Below, in pieces: positions 21,304 to 36,167 of a stretch of 64,000 nucleotides of DNA (positions within the stretch are counted from its first letter, which is position 1; every line of letters begins with the position of its first letter). The translations under genes and the position numbers were made by a program. Below the pieces are notes generated by a model. That model saw nothing but the letters and a program-made list of their open reading frames with translations, was not told the DNA's origin and did not search any database. The stretch is from Escherichia coli (GTDB lineage Bacteria > Pseudomonadota > Gammaproteobacteria > Enterobacterales > Enterobacteriaceae), in the NCBI RefSeq assembly GCF_024502345.1, contig NZ_JALDNN010000001.1. One strand, given 5' to 3'.

Positions 21304-23244
21304 ATGAGATTAACGACGAAATTTTCGGCCTTTGTTACGCTGCTCACCGGGTTAACAATTTTTGTGACTTTGCTGGGCTGTTCGCTAAGTTTCTACAACG
21401 CCATTCAGTATAAGTTTAGTCATCGCGTTCAGGCGGTGGCGACGGCGATTGATACCCACCTTGTGTCGAATGACTTCAGCGCATTAAGGCCACAAATTAC
21501 CGAATTAATGATGTCGGCAGATATCGTTCGTGTAGACCTGCTCCATGGTGATAAGCAGGTTTATACCCTGGCCAGAAATGGTAGTTATCGTCCGGTTGGC
21601 ACCAGCGATCTGTTTCGTGAACTGAGCGTTCCGTTGATAAAGCATCCGGGGATGTCGTTGCGTCTGGTTTATCAGGATCCGATGGGCAACTATTTCCATT
21701 CGTTGATGACCACCGCGCCGCTCACAGGGGCGATTGGCTTTATCATTCTTATGCTCTTTCTGGCGGTACGCTGGTTACAACGGCAACTTGCCGGGCAAGA
21801 ATTGCTGGAAACCCGGGCTACTCGTATCTTAAACGGTGAGCGTGGCTCTAATGTGTTGGGAACCATCTATGAATGGCCGCCCAGAACCAGCAGTGCGCTG
21901 GATACGCTGCTTCGTGAAATTCAGAACGCACGCGAACAACACAGCCGTCTTGATACGCTGATCCGCTCTTATGCCGCACAGGACGTGAAAACCGGCCTCA
22001 ATAACCGACTCTTTTTCGATAATCAGTTAGCAACGTTACTGGAAGATCAGGAGAAAGTAGGTACCCACGGGATCGTGATGATGATTCGTCTGCCGGATTT
22101 CAATATGTTGAGCGATACCTGGGGGCACAGCCAGGTTGAAGAACAGTTCTTCACTCTGACGAACCTGCTGTCGACATTTATGATGCGCTACCCTGGCGCA
22201 CTGCTGGCGCGTTACCACCGCAGTGATTTTGCTGCGCTGTTACCGCACCGGACGTTAAAAGAGGCAGAGAGCATCGCCGATCAGTTAATCAAAGCCGTCG
22301 ATACCTTGCCGAACAATAAAATGCTCGATCGCGACGATATGATCCACATTGGTATCTGCGCCTGGCGTAGTGGTCAGGATACCGAGCAGGTAATGGAACA
22401 TGCAGAGTCTGCCACGCGTAATGCGGGATTGCAGGGCGGCAATAGCTGGGCTATTTACGATGACTCGTTGCCTGAAAAAGGACGCGGTAATGTTCGCTGG
22501 CGTACGCTTATCGAGCAAATGCTCAGTCGCGGCGGCCCGCGCCTTTATCAAAAACCGGCGGTTACTCGCGAAGGTCAGGTTCATCATCGCGAACTCATGT
22601 GCCGCATCTTCGATGGTAATGAAGAGGTTAGCTCGGCGGAGTATATGCCGATGGTCTTGCAGTTTGGCTTATCGGAAGAGTATGACCGTCTGCAAATCAG
22701 CCGTCTTATTCCACTATTGCGTTACTGGCCAGAGGAAAATCTGGCGATTCAGGTTACCGTTGAGTCGCTGATTCGCCCGCGTTTTCAGCGTTGGCTGCGC
22801 GATACGTTAATGCAATGTGAAAAATCACAACGAAAACGCATAATTATTGAACTTGCAGAGGCCGATGTAGGTCAACATATCAGTCGTTTACAACCTGTTA
22901 TTCGTTTAGTGAATGCTTTAGGGGTACGGGTAGCCGTCAACCAGGCTGGTTTGACGCTGGTAAGCACCAGTTGGATCAAAGAACTTAATGTTGAGTTACT
23001 CAAGCTCCATCCGGGGCTGGTCAGAAACATTGAGAAGCGAACGGAGAACCAGCTGCTGGTTCAAAGCCTGGTGGAAGCCTGCTCCGGGACCAGCACCCAA
23101 GTTTACGCCACCGGTGTGCGTTCGCGAAGCGAGTGGCAGACCCTGATTCAGCGCGGTGTTACAGGCGGGCAAGGGGATTTTTTCGCGTCCTCACAGCCAC
23201 TTGATACTAACGTGAAAAAATATTCACAAAGATACTCGGTTTAA
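21304..23244 (+). CDS. csrD: RNase E specificity factor CsrD (degenerate GGDEF-EAL protein)
   Basis: 646-aa ORF with two N-terminal TM segments; divergent from mreB as in K-12. Confidence 0.9.
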   Translation: MRLTTKFSAFVTLLTGLTIFVTLLGCSLSFYNAIQYKFSHRVQAVATAIDTHLVSNDFSALRPQITELMMSADIVRVDLLHGDKQVYTLARNGSYRPVGTSDLFRELSVPLIKHPGMSLRLVYQDPMGNYFHSLMTTAPLTGAIGFIILMLFLAVRWLQRQLAGQELLETRATRILNGERGSNVLGTIYEWPPRTSSALDTLLREIQNAREQHSRLDTLIRSYAAQDVKTGLNNRLFFDNQLATLLEDQEKVGTHGIVMMIRLPDFNMLSDTWGHSQVEEQFFTLTNLLSTFMMRYPGALLARYHRSDFAALLPHRTLKEAESIADQLIKAVDTLPNNKMLDRDDMIHIGICAWRSGQDTEQVMEHAESATRNAGLQGGNSWAIYDDSLPEKGRGNVRWRTLIEQMLSRGGPRLYQKPAVTREGQVHHRELMCRIFDGNEEVSSAEYMPMVLQFGLSEEYDRLQISRLIPLLRYWPEENLAIQVTVESLIRPRFQRWLRDTLMQCEKSQRKRIIIELAEADVGQHISRLQPVIRLVNALGVRVAVNQAGLTLVSTSWIKELNVELLKLHPGLVRNIEKRTENQLLVQSLVEACSGTSTQVYATGVRSRSEWQTLIQRGVTGGQGDFFASSQPLDTNVKKYSQRYSV

Positions 23245-23422
23245 CCTGCCGTTTAATCCGTTTTCACGTAGAATAACGCGCGCTGCGTCTCATGGGAGTG
23301 TGCTTGTCTGCTCGCCAGATTGTTGCAGCACATATGCAGATGAATGACCTTACGCGGTTGCAAACAGGCGAGGAATGCTGCTGATGCATTAAGCCTTTCT
23401 GGACTCAGGCAGAGATTTGTAA

Positions 23423-24592
<1,170 letters not shown>

Positions 24593-24657
24593 TCGGATGC
24601 AGGCAGGGGAAGCGTCTGTTTACCCTGCCTGGTCTGATACGAGAATACGCATAACTT

Positions 24658-26249
<1,592 letters not shown>

Positions 26250-26257
26250 AGGTTTCT

Positions 26258-26851
26258 ATGACTTCTCTGTATTTAGCTTCCGGTTCTCCGCGTCGTCAGG
26301 AGTTACTTGCGCAACTTGGCGTGACCTTTGAACGTATTGTTACGGGCATTGAGGAGCAGCGTCAGCCGCAGGAGAGCGCGCAGCAGTATGTTGTGCGTCT
26401 GGCGCGCGAGAAAGCACGGGCAGGTGTCGCGCAAACGGCGAAGGATCTCCCGGTGCTGGGTGCGGATACTATCGTTATCCTGAATGGAGAAGTGCTGGAG
26501 AAACCGCGCGACGCAGAGCATGCGGCGCAGATGTTGCGCAAATTATCGGGTCAGACCCATCAGGTGATGACGGCAGTGGCGTTGGCCGACAGCCAGCACA
26601 TTCTCGATTGCCTGGTGGTCACCGATGTGACTTTCAGAACGTTAACAGACGAAGACATCGCGGGCTATGTCGCCAGCGGTGAACCGTTAGATAAAGCAGG
26701 TGCATACGGTATTCAGGGGCTGGGTGGCTGTTTTGTCAGGAAGATAAATGGCAGCTATCACGCCGTAGTCGGCTTACCGCTGGTTGAAACGTATGAATTA
26801 TTAAGTAATTTTAACGCACTGCGTGAGAAAAGGGATAAACATGACGGCTGA
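26258..26851 (+). CDS. yhdE: Maf-family nucleoside triphosphate pyrophosphatase
   Basis: 197-aa [28 protein letters not shown]... Confidence 0.93.
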   Translation: MTSLYLASGSPRRQELLAQLGVTFERIVTGIEEQRQPQESAQQYVVRLAREKARAGVAQTAKDLPVLGADTIVILNGEVLEKPRDAEHAAQMLRKLSGQTHQVMTAVALADSQHILDCLVVTDVTFRTLTDEDIAGYVASGEPLDKAGAYGIQGLGGCFVRKINGSYHAVVGLPLVETYELLSNFNALREKRDKHDG

Positions 26852-28310
26852 ATTGTTAGTAAACGTAACGCCTTCGGAAACGCGAGTGGCGTATATTGAT
26901 GGCGGTATTCTGCAGGAAATTCATATTGAACGTGAGGCGCGACGCGGAATAGTAGGCAATATCTACAAGGGTCGTGTAAGTCGTGTACTTCCGGGTATGC
27001 AGGCGGCTTTTGTAGATATTGGGCTGGATAAAGCCGCGTTTCTTCATGCATCTGACATCATGCCGCACACCGAATGTGTGGCGGGTGAAGAACAAAAGCA
27101 ATTCACGGTGCGCGACATCTCGGAACTGGTTCGTCAGGGGCAAGATCTGATGGTGCAGGTGGTGAAAGATCCGCTTGGCACTAAGGGGGCGCGCCTGACC
27201 ACCGATATCACGCTGCCTTCTCGCTATCTGGTCTTTATGCCAGGGGCTTCTCACGTTGGTGTTTCCCAACGTATTGAAAGCGAATCAGAACGTGAACGCC
27301 TGAAAAAAGTGGTCGCAGAGTATTGCGACGAGCAGGGCGGGTTTATCATCCGTACCGCAGCGGAAGGGGTTGGCGAGGCTGAACTGGCCTCCGATGCCGC
27401 TTATCTGAAACGCGTCTGGACCAAAGTTATGGAGCGTAAAAAACGCCCGCAGACCCGTTATCAGCTGTACGGCGAACTGGCGCTGGCGCAGCGTGTTCTG
27501 CGTGATTTCGCCGACGCCGAACTGGACCGCATTCGCGTTGACTCACGCCTGACTTACGAAGCATTGCTGGAGTTTACCTCGGAGTACATTCCCGAGATGA
27601 CCAGCAAGCTGGAGCATTACACCGGACGCCAGCCGATTTTCGATCTCTTTGATGTCGAAAACGAAATCCAGCGAGCGCTGGAACGCAAAGTAGAACTGAA
27701 ATCCGGTGGTTATCTGATTATCGACCAGACCGAAGCGATGACCACCGTGGACATCAATACCGGAGCGTTTGTCGGTCATCGCAATCTGGACGACACCATT
27801 TTCAATACCAATATTGAAGCGACGCAGGCTATCGCTCGCCAGTTACGGTTGCGTAATCTGGGTGGGATTATCATTATTGATTTCATCGATATGAATAATG
27901 AAGATCACCGCCGCCGCGTGCTGCACTCGCTGGAGCAGGCGTTGAGCAAAGACCGGGTGAAAACCAGCGTTAATGGTTTTTCGGCGCTGGGGCTGGTGGA
28001 GATGACGCGTAAACGCACCCGCGAAAGCATTGAGCACGTACTGTGTAACGAATGCCCAACCTGCCACGGTCGCGGAACGGTGAAAACCGTGGAAACGGTA
28101 TGCTATGAAATCATGCGCGAGATTGTTCGTGTCCACCATGCTTACGACTCCGACCGTTTCCTGGTCTATGCTTCTCCGGCAGTAGCTGAAGCCTTGAAAG
28201 GCGAAGAGTCACACTCGCTGGCGGAAGTGGAAATTTTCGTTGGCAAACAGGTTAAAGTACAAATTGAACCGCTCTATAACCAGGAGCAGTTTGACGTCGT
28301 AATGATGTAA
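26841..28310 (+). CDS. rng: Ribonuclease G
   Basis: [31 protein letters not shown]... S1 domain and RNase E/G catalytic core; overlaps yhdE end. Confidence 0.96.
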
Positions 28311-28377
28311 ACAGATGCTGGGCCGCCATCCGGCAAAGGGTTTTTGAGTCACATTTTTAGCAGACAAGGAGTGACGG

Positions 28378-31300
28378 GTGAGGCGATTGCCGGGGATTTT
28401 ACTGCTTACTGGAGCCGCGCTCGTTGTGATCGCTGCCCTGCTGGTTAGCGGCCTGCGTATTGCTTTACCGCATCTTGACGCCTGGCGTCCGGAAATCCTC
28501 AACAAAATAGAATCCGCGACTGGCATGCCGGTAGAAGCCAGTCAGCTCTCAGCCAGCTGGCAGAATTTTGGCCCGACGCTTGAAGCACACGACATCCGTG
28601 CAGAACTAAAAGATGGCGGCGAATTTTCGGTTAAACGCGTTACTCTGGCGCTGGATGTCTGGCAGAGCCTGTTACATATGCGCTGGCAGTTTCGCGACCT
28701 CACTTTCTGGCAGCTGCGCTTTCGCACCAACACTCCTATCACCAGCGGTGGTGGTAATGACAGTCTGGAAGCCAGTCACATCAGCGATCTGTTTCTTCGT
28801 CAATTTGACCATTTCGATCTCCGCGACAGTGAAGTCAGTTTTCTGACGCCATCCGGTCAGCGCGCCGAGCTGGCGATCCCACAACTCACCTGGCTGAACG
28901 ATCCACGTCGACACCGTGCGGAAGGCCTGGTAAGCCTCTCCAGCCTTACCGGACAGCACGGCGTGATGCAGGTGCGCATGGATTTGCGCGATGATGAGGG
29001 GTTGTTAAGCAATGGTCGCGTCTGGCTACAGGCGGATGACATCGACCTGAAGCCGTGGCTCGGTAAATGGATGCAGGACAATATTGCTCTGGAAACGGCA
29101 CAGTTCTCCCTTGAAGGCTGGATGACGATCGACAAAGGCGATGTAACCGGCGGTGACGTCTGGCTGAAACAGGGCGGTGCCAGCTGGTTGGGCGAGAAGC
29201 AAACGCATACGCTGTCGGTGGATAATCTGACCGCGCATATTACGCGTGAAAATCCGGGCTGGCAGTTCTCTATTCCCGATACACGGATCACGATGGACGG
29301 CAAACCCTGGCCGAGCGGAGCATTGACGCTGGCCTGGATACCGGAACAGGACGTTGGCGGCAAAGACAATAAACGCAGTGACGAACTCCGGATTCGCGCC
29401 AGTAATCTGGAGCTGGCAGGCCTGGAGGGCATACGCCCGCTGGCCGCGAAACTTTCACCTGCACTGGGTGATGTTTGGCGCTCCACACAACCGAGCGGCA
29501 AGATTAACACTCTGGCGCTGGATATCCCGCTTCAGGCGGCAGACAAGACCCGTTTTCAGGCATCGTGGAGCGATCTGGCCTGGAAGCAATGGAAATTATT
29601 ACCGGGTGCGGAACACTTCTCCGGGACGCTTTCCGGCAGCGTTGAAAATGGTTTGCTTACCGCGTCGATGAAGCAGGCAAAGATGCCTTACGAAACGGTA
29701 TTCCGTGCGCCACTGGAAATCGCCGACGGCCAGGCAACTATAAGCTGGCTGAACAATGACAAAGGTTTCCAGCTGGATGGGCGTAATATTGACGTTAAAG
29801 CCAAAGCCGTCCATGCGCGCGGCGGTTTTCGTTACCTGCAACCTGCTAATGATGAACCCTGGCTGGGTATTCTGGCTGGCATCAGTACCGATGATGGTTC
29901 ACAAGCCTGGCGCTATTTCCCGGAAAACTTGATGGGTAAAGACCTGGTTGATTACTTAAGTGGCGCGATTCAGGGCGGTGAAGCGGATAACGCGACGCTG
30001 GTTTATGGTGGCAATCCGCAACTCTTCCCCTATAAACACAACGAAGGTCAGTTTGAAGTGCTGGTGCCGCTGCGCAACGCGAAGTTTGCCTTCCAGCCGG
30101 ACTGGCCTGCATTAACTAACCTTGATATTGAACTGGACTTTATTAACGACGGTTTATGGATGAAAACCGATGGCGTTAATCTGGGCGGCGTGCGCGCGAG
30201 TAATCTCACCGCAGTGATCCCTGACTACTCAAAAGAAAAACTGCTGATTGACGCTGACATTAAAGGTCCGGGTAAAGCCGTTGGCCCTTACTTTGATGAG
30301 ACACCGCTGAAAGATTCTCTGGGTGCGACCCTGCAAGAACTCCAGCTCGACGGCGATGTGAATGCTCGCTTACATCTTGATATCCCGCTGAACGGCGAAC
30401 TGGTAACCGCGAAAGGTGAAGTGACGCTGCGTAATAACAGTCTGTTTATCAAACCACTCGACAGCACCCTGAAAAATTTGAGCGGTAAATTCAGCTTTAT
30501 CAATGGCGATCTGCAAAGTGAACCACTGACAGCAAGCTGGTTTAATCAGCCGTTGAACGTGGATTTTTCCACCAAAGAAGGGGCAAAAGCCTACCAGGTT
30601 GCGGTGAATCTCAACGGTAACTGGCAACCGGCGAAAACCGGCGTTCTGCCTGAAGCGGTGAACGAAGCATTGAGTGGCAGCGTGGCGTGGGATGGTAAAG
30701 TGGGCATTGAGCTGCCTTATCATGCTGGCGCGACCTATAACGTAGAGCTGAACGGCGATCTGAAGAATGTGAGCAGTCACTTACCTTCACCGTTAGCCAA
30801 ACCTGCGGGTGAACCACTAGCGGTAAACGTTAAGGTTGATGGCAATCTCAACAGCTTTGAATTAACCGGACAGGCTGGTGCGGATAATCATTTCAATAGC
30901 CGATGGTTGCTCGGTCAAAAGCTGACGCTCGATCGTGCTATTTGGGCGGCAGACAGTAAAACGCTCCCGCCGTTGCCGGAACAAAGTGGCGTTGAACTCA
31001 ATATGCCGCCGATGAATGGTGCCGAGTGGCTGGCCCTGTTTCAGAAAGGTGCGGCGGAGAGTGTCGGTGGTGCAGCGAGTTTCCCACAACACATAACGTT
31101 ACGTACGCCTATGTTGTCGCTGGGAAATCAGCAATGGAATAACCTGAGTATTGTTTCGCAACCGACTGCAAATGGCACCCAGGTTGAGGCGCAAGGGCGT
31201 GAAATCAACGCCACGCTGGCGATGCGTAATAACGCGCCGTGGCTGGCGAATATCAAATATCTTTATTACAACCCGAGCGTGGCGAAAACTCGTGGTGATT

Positions 31301-32178
31301 CAACGCCGTCATCACCTTTCCCGACAACGGAGCGCATTAACTTCCGTGGCTGGCCGGACGCACAAATACGATGCGCAGAGTGCTGGTTCTGGGGGCAAAA
31401 ATTCGGTCGTATTGACAGTGATCTCACCATTTCTGGCGATACATTAACGCTGACCAATGGACTGATTGATACCGGTTTCTCGCGGCTTACTGCCGATGGT
31501 GAATGGGTTAATAATCCGGGGAATGAACGTACCTCGCTGAAAGGAAAACTGCGCGGGCAGAAAATTGATGCCGCCGCAGAATTTTTTGGTGTCACGACGC
31601 CCATACGGCAGTCATCATTTAATGTGGATTACGATTTACACTGGCGTAAAGCACCGTGGCAGCCAAATGAGGCGACGTTGAATGGCATCATTCATACTCA
31701 ACTGGGTAAAGGCGAAATTACCGAAATCAATACCGGACATGCCGGGCAATTGCTGCGCTTATTGAGCGTAGATGCCCTGATGCGTAAGCTGCGTTTTGAT
31801 TTCAGAGACACTTTTGGCGAAGGGTTCTATTTTGACTCCATTCGCAGCACCGCGTGGATTAAAGACGGCGTTATGCACACCGACGACACGCTGGTGGATG
31901 GCCTGGAGGCGGATATCGCCATGAAAGGGTCGGTAAATCTGGTACGTCGCGACCTGAATATGGAAGCGGTTGTCGCACCAGAGATTTCTGCGACGGTGGG
32001 CGTGGCTGCGGCTTTTGCGGTTAACCCCATTGTTGGCGCGGCAGTGTTTGCCGCCAGTAAAGTGCTGGGGCCGCTGTGGAGCAAAGTCTCCATTTTGCGC
32101 TATCACATTTCGGGTCCGCTGGACGATCCGCAAATCAACGAAGTGTTGCGCCAACCGCGTAAAGAAAAAGCGCAATGA
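28378..32178 (+). CDS. yhdP: AsmA-family outer-membrane biogenesis / lipid transport protein YhdP
   Basis: 1266-aa ORF with N-terminal TM anchor. Confidence 0.92.
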   Translation: MRRLPGILLLTGAALVVIAALLVSGLRIALPHLDAWRPEILNKIESATGMPVEASQLSASWQNFGPTLEAHDIRAELKDGGEFSVKRVTLALDVWQSLLHMRWQFRDLTFWQLRFRTNTPITSGGGNDSLEASHISDLFLRQFDHFDLRDSEVSFLTPSGQRAELAIPQLTWLNDPRRHRAEGLVSLSSLTGQHGVMQVRMDLRDDEGLLSNGRVWLQADDIDLKPWLGKWMQDNIALETAQFSLEGWMTIDKGDVTGGDVWLKQGGASWLGEKQTHTLSVDNLTAHITRENPGWQFSIPDTRITMDGKPWPSGALTLAWIPEQDVGGKDNKRSDELRIRASNLELAGLEGIRPLAAKLSPALGDVWRSTQPSGKINTLALDIPLQAADKTRFQASWSDLAWKQWKLLPGAEHFSGTLSGSVENGLLTASMKQAKMPYETVFRAPLEIADGQATISWLNNDKGFQLDGRNIDVKAKAVHARGGFRYLQPANDEPWLGILAGISTDDGSQAWRYFPENLMGKDLVDYLSGAIQGGEADNATLVYGGNPQLFPYKHNEGQFEVLVPLRNAKFAFQPDWPALTNLDIELDFINDGLWMKTDGVNLGGVRASNLTAVIPDYSKEKLLIDADIKGPGKAVGPYFDETPLKDSLGATLQELQLDGDVNARLHLDIPLNGELVTAKGEVTLRNNSLFIKPLDSTLKNLSGKFSFINGDLQSEPLTASWFNQPLNVDFSTKEGAKAYQVAVNLNGNWQPAKTGVLPEAVNEALSGSVAWDGKVGIELPYHAGATYNVELNGDLKNVSSHLPSPLAKPAGEPLAVNVKVDGNLNSFELTGQAGADNHFNSRWLLGQKLTLDRAIWAADSKTLPPLPEQSGVELNMPPMNGAEWLALFQKGAAESVGGAASFPQHITLRTPMLSLGNQQWNNLSIVSQPTANGTQVEAQGREINATLAMRNNAPWLANIKYLYYNPSVAKTRGDSTPSSPFPTTERINFRGWPDAQIRCAECWFWGQKFGRIDSDLTISGDTLTLTNGLIDTGFSRLTADGEWVNNPGNERTSLKGKLRGQKIDAAAEFFGVTTPIRQSSFNVDYDLHWRKAPWQPNEATLNGIIHTQLGKGEITEINTGHAGQLLRLLSVDALMRKLRFDFRDTFGEGFYFDSIRSTAWIKDGVMHTDDTLVDGLEADIAMKGSVNLVRRDLNMEAVVAPEISATVGVAAAFAVNPIVGAAVFAASKVLGPLWSKVSILRYHISGPLDDPQINEVLRQPRKEKAQ

Positions 32179-32253
32179 TTTGACGAGGGCGCGTAATTGC
32201 CCCAATCTCATAGGATAATCGTTGCCAAAGGCCAACGAGCCAGAACATAACCG

Positions 32254-32290
32254 TAGGCCGGATAGGGCGTTCACGCCGCATCCGGCAGCC
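32254..32290. repeat. REP (repetitive extragenic palindromic) element
   Basis: gtaggccggatagggcgttcacgccgcatccggcagcc matches the classic GCCGGATG...GCATCCGGC REP family; intergenic between yhdP and tldD. Confidence 0.75.
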
Positions 32291-32318
32291 GTAAAAAATC
32301 CTCTACTGCAGTAACTAA

Positions 32319-33779
<1,461 letters not shown>

Positions 33780-33906
33780 TAATTTCAGTATTTTCAGAAG
33801 GATAATTAATCTTTCTACGTGCACGAACGGTCCCCTCGCTCCTCTGGGGTTAGGGTGAGGGGAACCCGTTGGCACAGGTTTGTACAACGTAACAGTACAA
33901 TATGAA

Positions 33907-34836
33907 TTACTTCTCTTTCCCGCGCCCGTGCATCTCCTGAAACAATTTACCGACCTCAACAAAATAATCCGTCAGCGAGTTGATCACGACCTGTACCTTC
34001 AGCGGCAGCTTATCTTTTTCGGTATATAACGCATAAACCGGGCGTGGATCTGACTGATAACGCGGCAGCAGGATCTCCAGCTCCCCACGATTGATCTCGT
34101 TGATCACCCACATCAGCGGCACGTAGGCGATCCCGGCACCCGCCGTTAGCCAGCGCACCAGCGTCATCGGATCATTAGTCACAAATCTCCCTTGCGGGAT
34201 CAGGCGAGTCGAGATCCCTTCCGGTGCGATCAGTTCAAATTCATTGTCGGGCCGCACGCTGTATTCAAGCCATGAATGGCTACTTAAATCGGCGGGTTTT
34301 TCCGGTATGCCGTATTGTGTGAGATAGCTTTTCGCGGCGCACACCACCATTGGCATCGCGCCAAGACGGCGGGAAAACAGGCTGGAATCCTGCAACGCGC
34401 CGACGCGGATCACCACATCCAGACCGTCGGCAATCAGGTCGGGGGCTGGAATTCCGGTAACCAGATTGACGCTCAAACCTGGGTATTCTTTCAGCATTTT
34501 TGCTGTCAGCCCGGCGAGAACATTTTGTGCCATAGTTGAAGAACAGCCAATGCGTAGCGTCCCGATGGGGGTGTTATTGAAGGCATACAGTTGCTCATGA
34601 ACATCCTGCACTTCATGAAGCATCCGACGGCAGCCCTGGTAGTAAATTCTGCCGGCTTCGGTCAGGCCAATGCTGCGTGTGCTACGGTTTAACAGCTTTA
34701 CCTGCAACTCATCTTCCAGTTTTGACACCGTCTGACTGATGGACGAAACGCTCATCTGTAGCTGTCTGGCGGCGGCGGTAAAAGAGCCAAATTCAACTAC
34801 TTTGGCAAACACCGACATGCGTTTTAGTCGTTCCAT
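33907..34836 (-). CDS. aaeR: LysR-family transcriptional regulator AaeR
   Basis: 309-aa ORF with N-terminal HTH; divergent from aaeXAB. Confidence 0.92.
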   Translation of the reverse strand: MERLKRMSVFAKVVEFGSFTAAARQLQMSVSSISQTVSKLEDELQVKLLNRSTRSIGLTEAGRIYYQGCRRMLHEVQDVHEQLYAFNNTPIGTLRIGCSSTMAQNVLAGLTAKMLKEYPGLSVNLVTGIPAPDLIADGLDVVIRVGALQDSSLFSRRLGAMPMVVCAAKSYLTQYGIPEKPADLSSHSWLEYSVRPDNEFELIAPEGISTRLIPQGRFVTNDPMTLVRWLTAGAGIAYVPLMWVINEINRGELEILLPRYQSDPRPVYALYTEKDKLPLKVQVVINSLTDYFVEVGKLFQEMHGRGKEK

Positions 34837-35018
34837 TATTCACTCTGACTTAAAAGTGATTTAGATCACATAATATAGATAACAGCATAACAGTTACGCT
34901 AATATATTAAATATCAATCTACAGCAATGTTGCTCTCGCCCGGCTTTCCATGCCCTTCTCTGCGGCGACAGATGCTGAAAATAATAACGCCTGCTCTCTC
35001 TATACAACCAAGGTCAAC

Positions 35019-35222
35019 ATGAGTCTGTTTCCCGTTATCGTGGTGTTTGGGCTGTCCTTCCCACCGATATTTTTTGAATTGCTTTTATCACTGGCGATTT
35101 TCTGGCTGGTGCGCCGGGTACTTGTGCCAACAGGTATCTACGACTTTGTCTGGCATCCGGCGTTGTTCAACACCGCGCTCTATTGCTGCTTGTTTTATTT
35201 GATATCGCGACTGTTCGTTTGA
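35019..35222 (+). CDS. aaeX: Small membrane protein AaeX
   Basis: [67 protein letters not shown]. Confidence 0.85.
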
Positions 35223-35229
35223 GGTTGAA

Positions 35230-36162
35230 GTGAAAACACTAATAAGAAAATTCTCCCGTACGGCCATCACGGTCGTATTAGTCATTCTGGCCTTCATCGC
35301 AATTTTTAATGCCTGGGTCTATTACACCGAATCCCCCTGGACGCGTGACGCGCGCTTTAGCGCTGACGTCGTTGCGATCGCGCCGGACGTTTCTGGACTC
35401 ATTACCCAGGTGAATGTTCATGATAACCAGCTGGTGAAAAAAGGACAGATACTGTTCACCATCGACCAGCCGCGCTATCAAAAGGCGCTTGAGGAAGCGC
35501 AAGCCGATGTTGCTTATTATCAGGTACTGGCACAGGAGAAACGCCAGGAGGCCGGACGTCGTAACCGTCTCGGTGTGCAGGCGATGTCTCGCGAAGAGAT
35601 CGACCAGGCTAACAACGTACTACAAACGGTTCTGCATCAGTTAGCGAAAGCGCAGGCGACCCGCGATCTGGCAAAACTGGATCTTGAACGCACGGTGATC
35701 CGCGCGCCAGCAGATGGCTGGGTGACCAACCTCAACGTCTATACCGGTGAGTTTATTACTCGAGGATCAACGGCGGTTGCGCTGGTGAAACAGAACTCCT
35801 TCTATGTACTGGCCTATATGGAAGAAACTAAGCTGGAAGGGGTGCGTCCGGGGTATCGTGCAGAGATCACGCCGCTTGGCAGTAACAAAGTGCTGAAAGG
35901 GACTGTTGATAGTGTTGCCGCTGGGGTCACCAACGCCAGCAGCACGCGTGACGACAAAGGGATGGCGACCATCGACTCTAACCTTGAATGGGTGCGTTTG
36001 GCGCAACGTGTTCCGGTTCGTATTCGTCTCGACAACCAGCAAGAGAACATCTGGCCTGCGGGCACCACTGCTACAGTGGTGGTCACTGGCAAACAAGATC
36101 GCGACGAAAGCCAGGATTCGTTCTTCCGTAAAATGGCCCATCGCCTGCGTGAGTTTGGTTAA
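35230..36162 (+). CDS. aaeA: p-Hydroxybenzoic acid efflux pump adaptor subunit AaeA
   Basis: 310-aa ORF, HlyD-like membrane fusion protein, GTG start. Confidence 0.92.
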
Positions 36163-36167
36163 TCACG

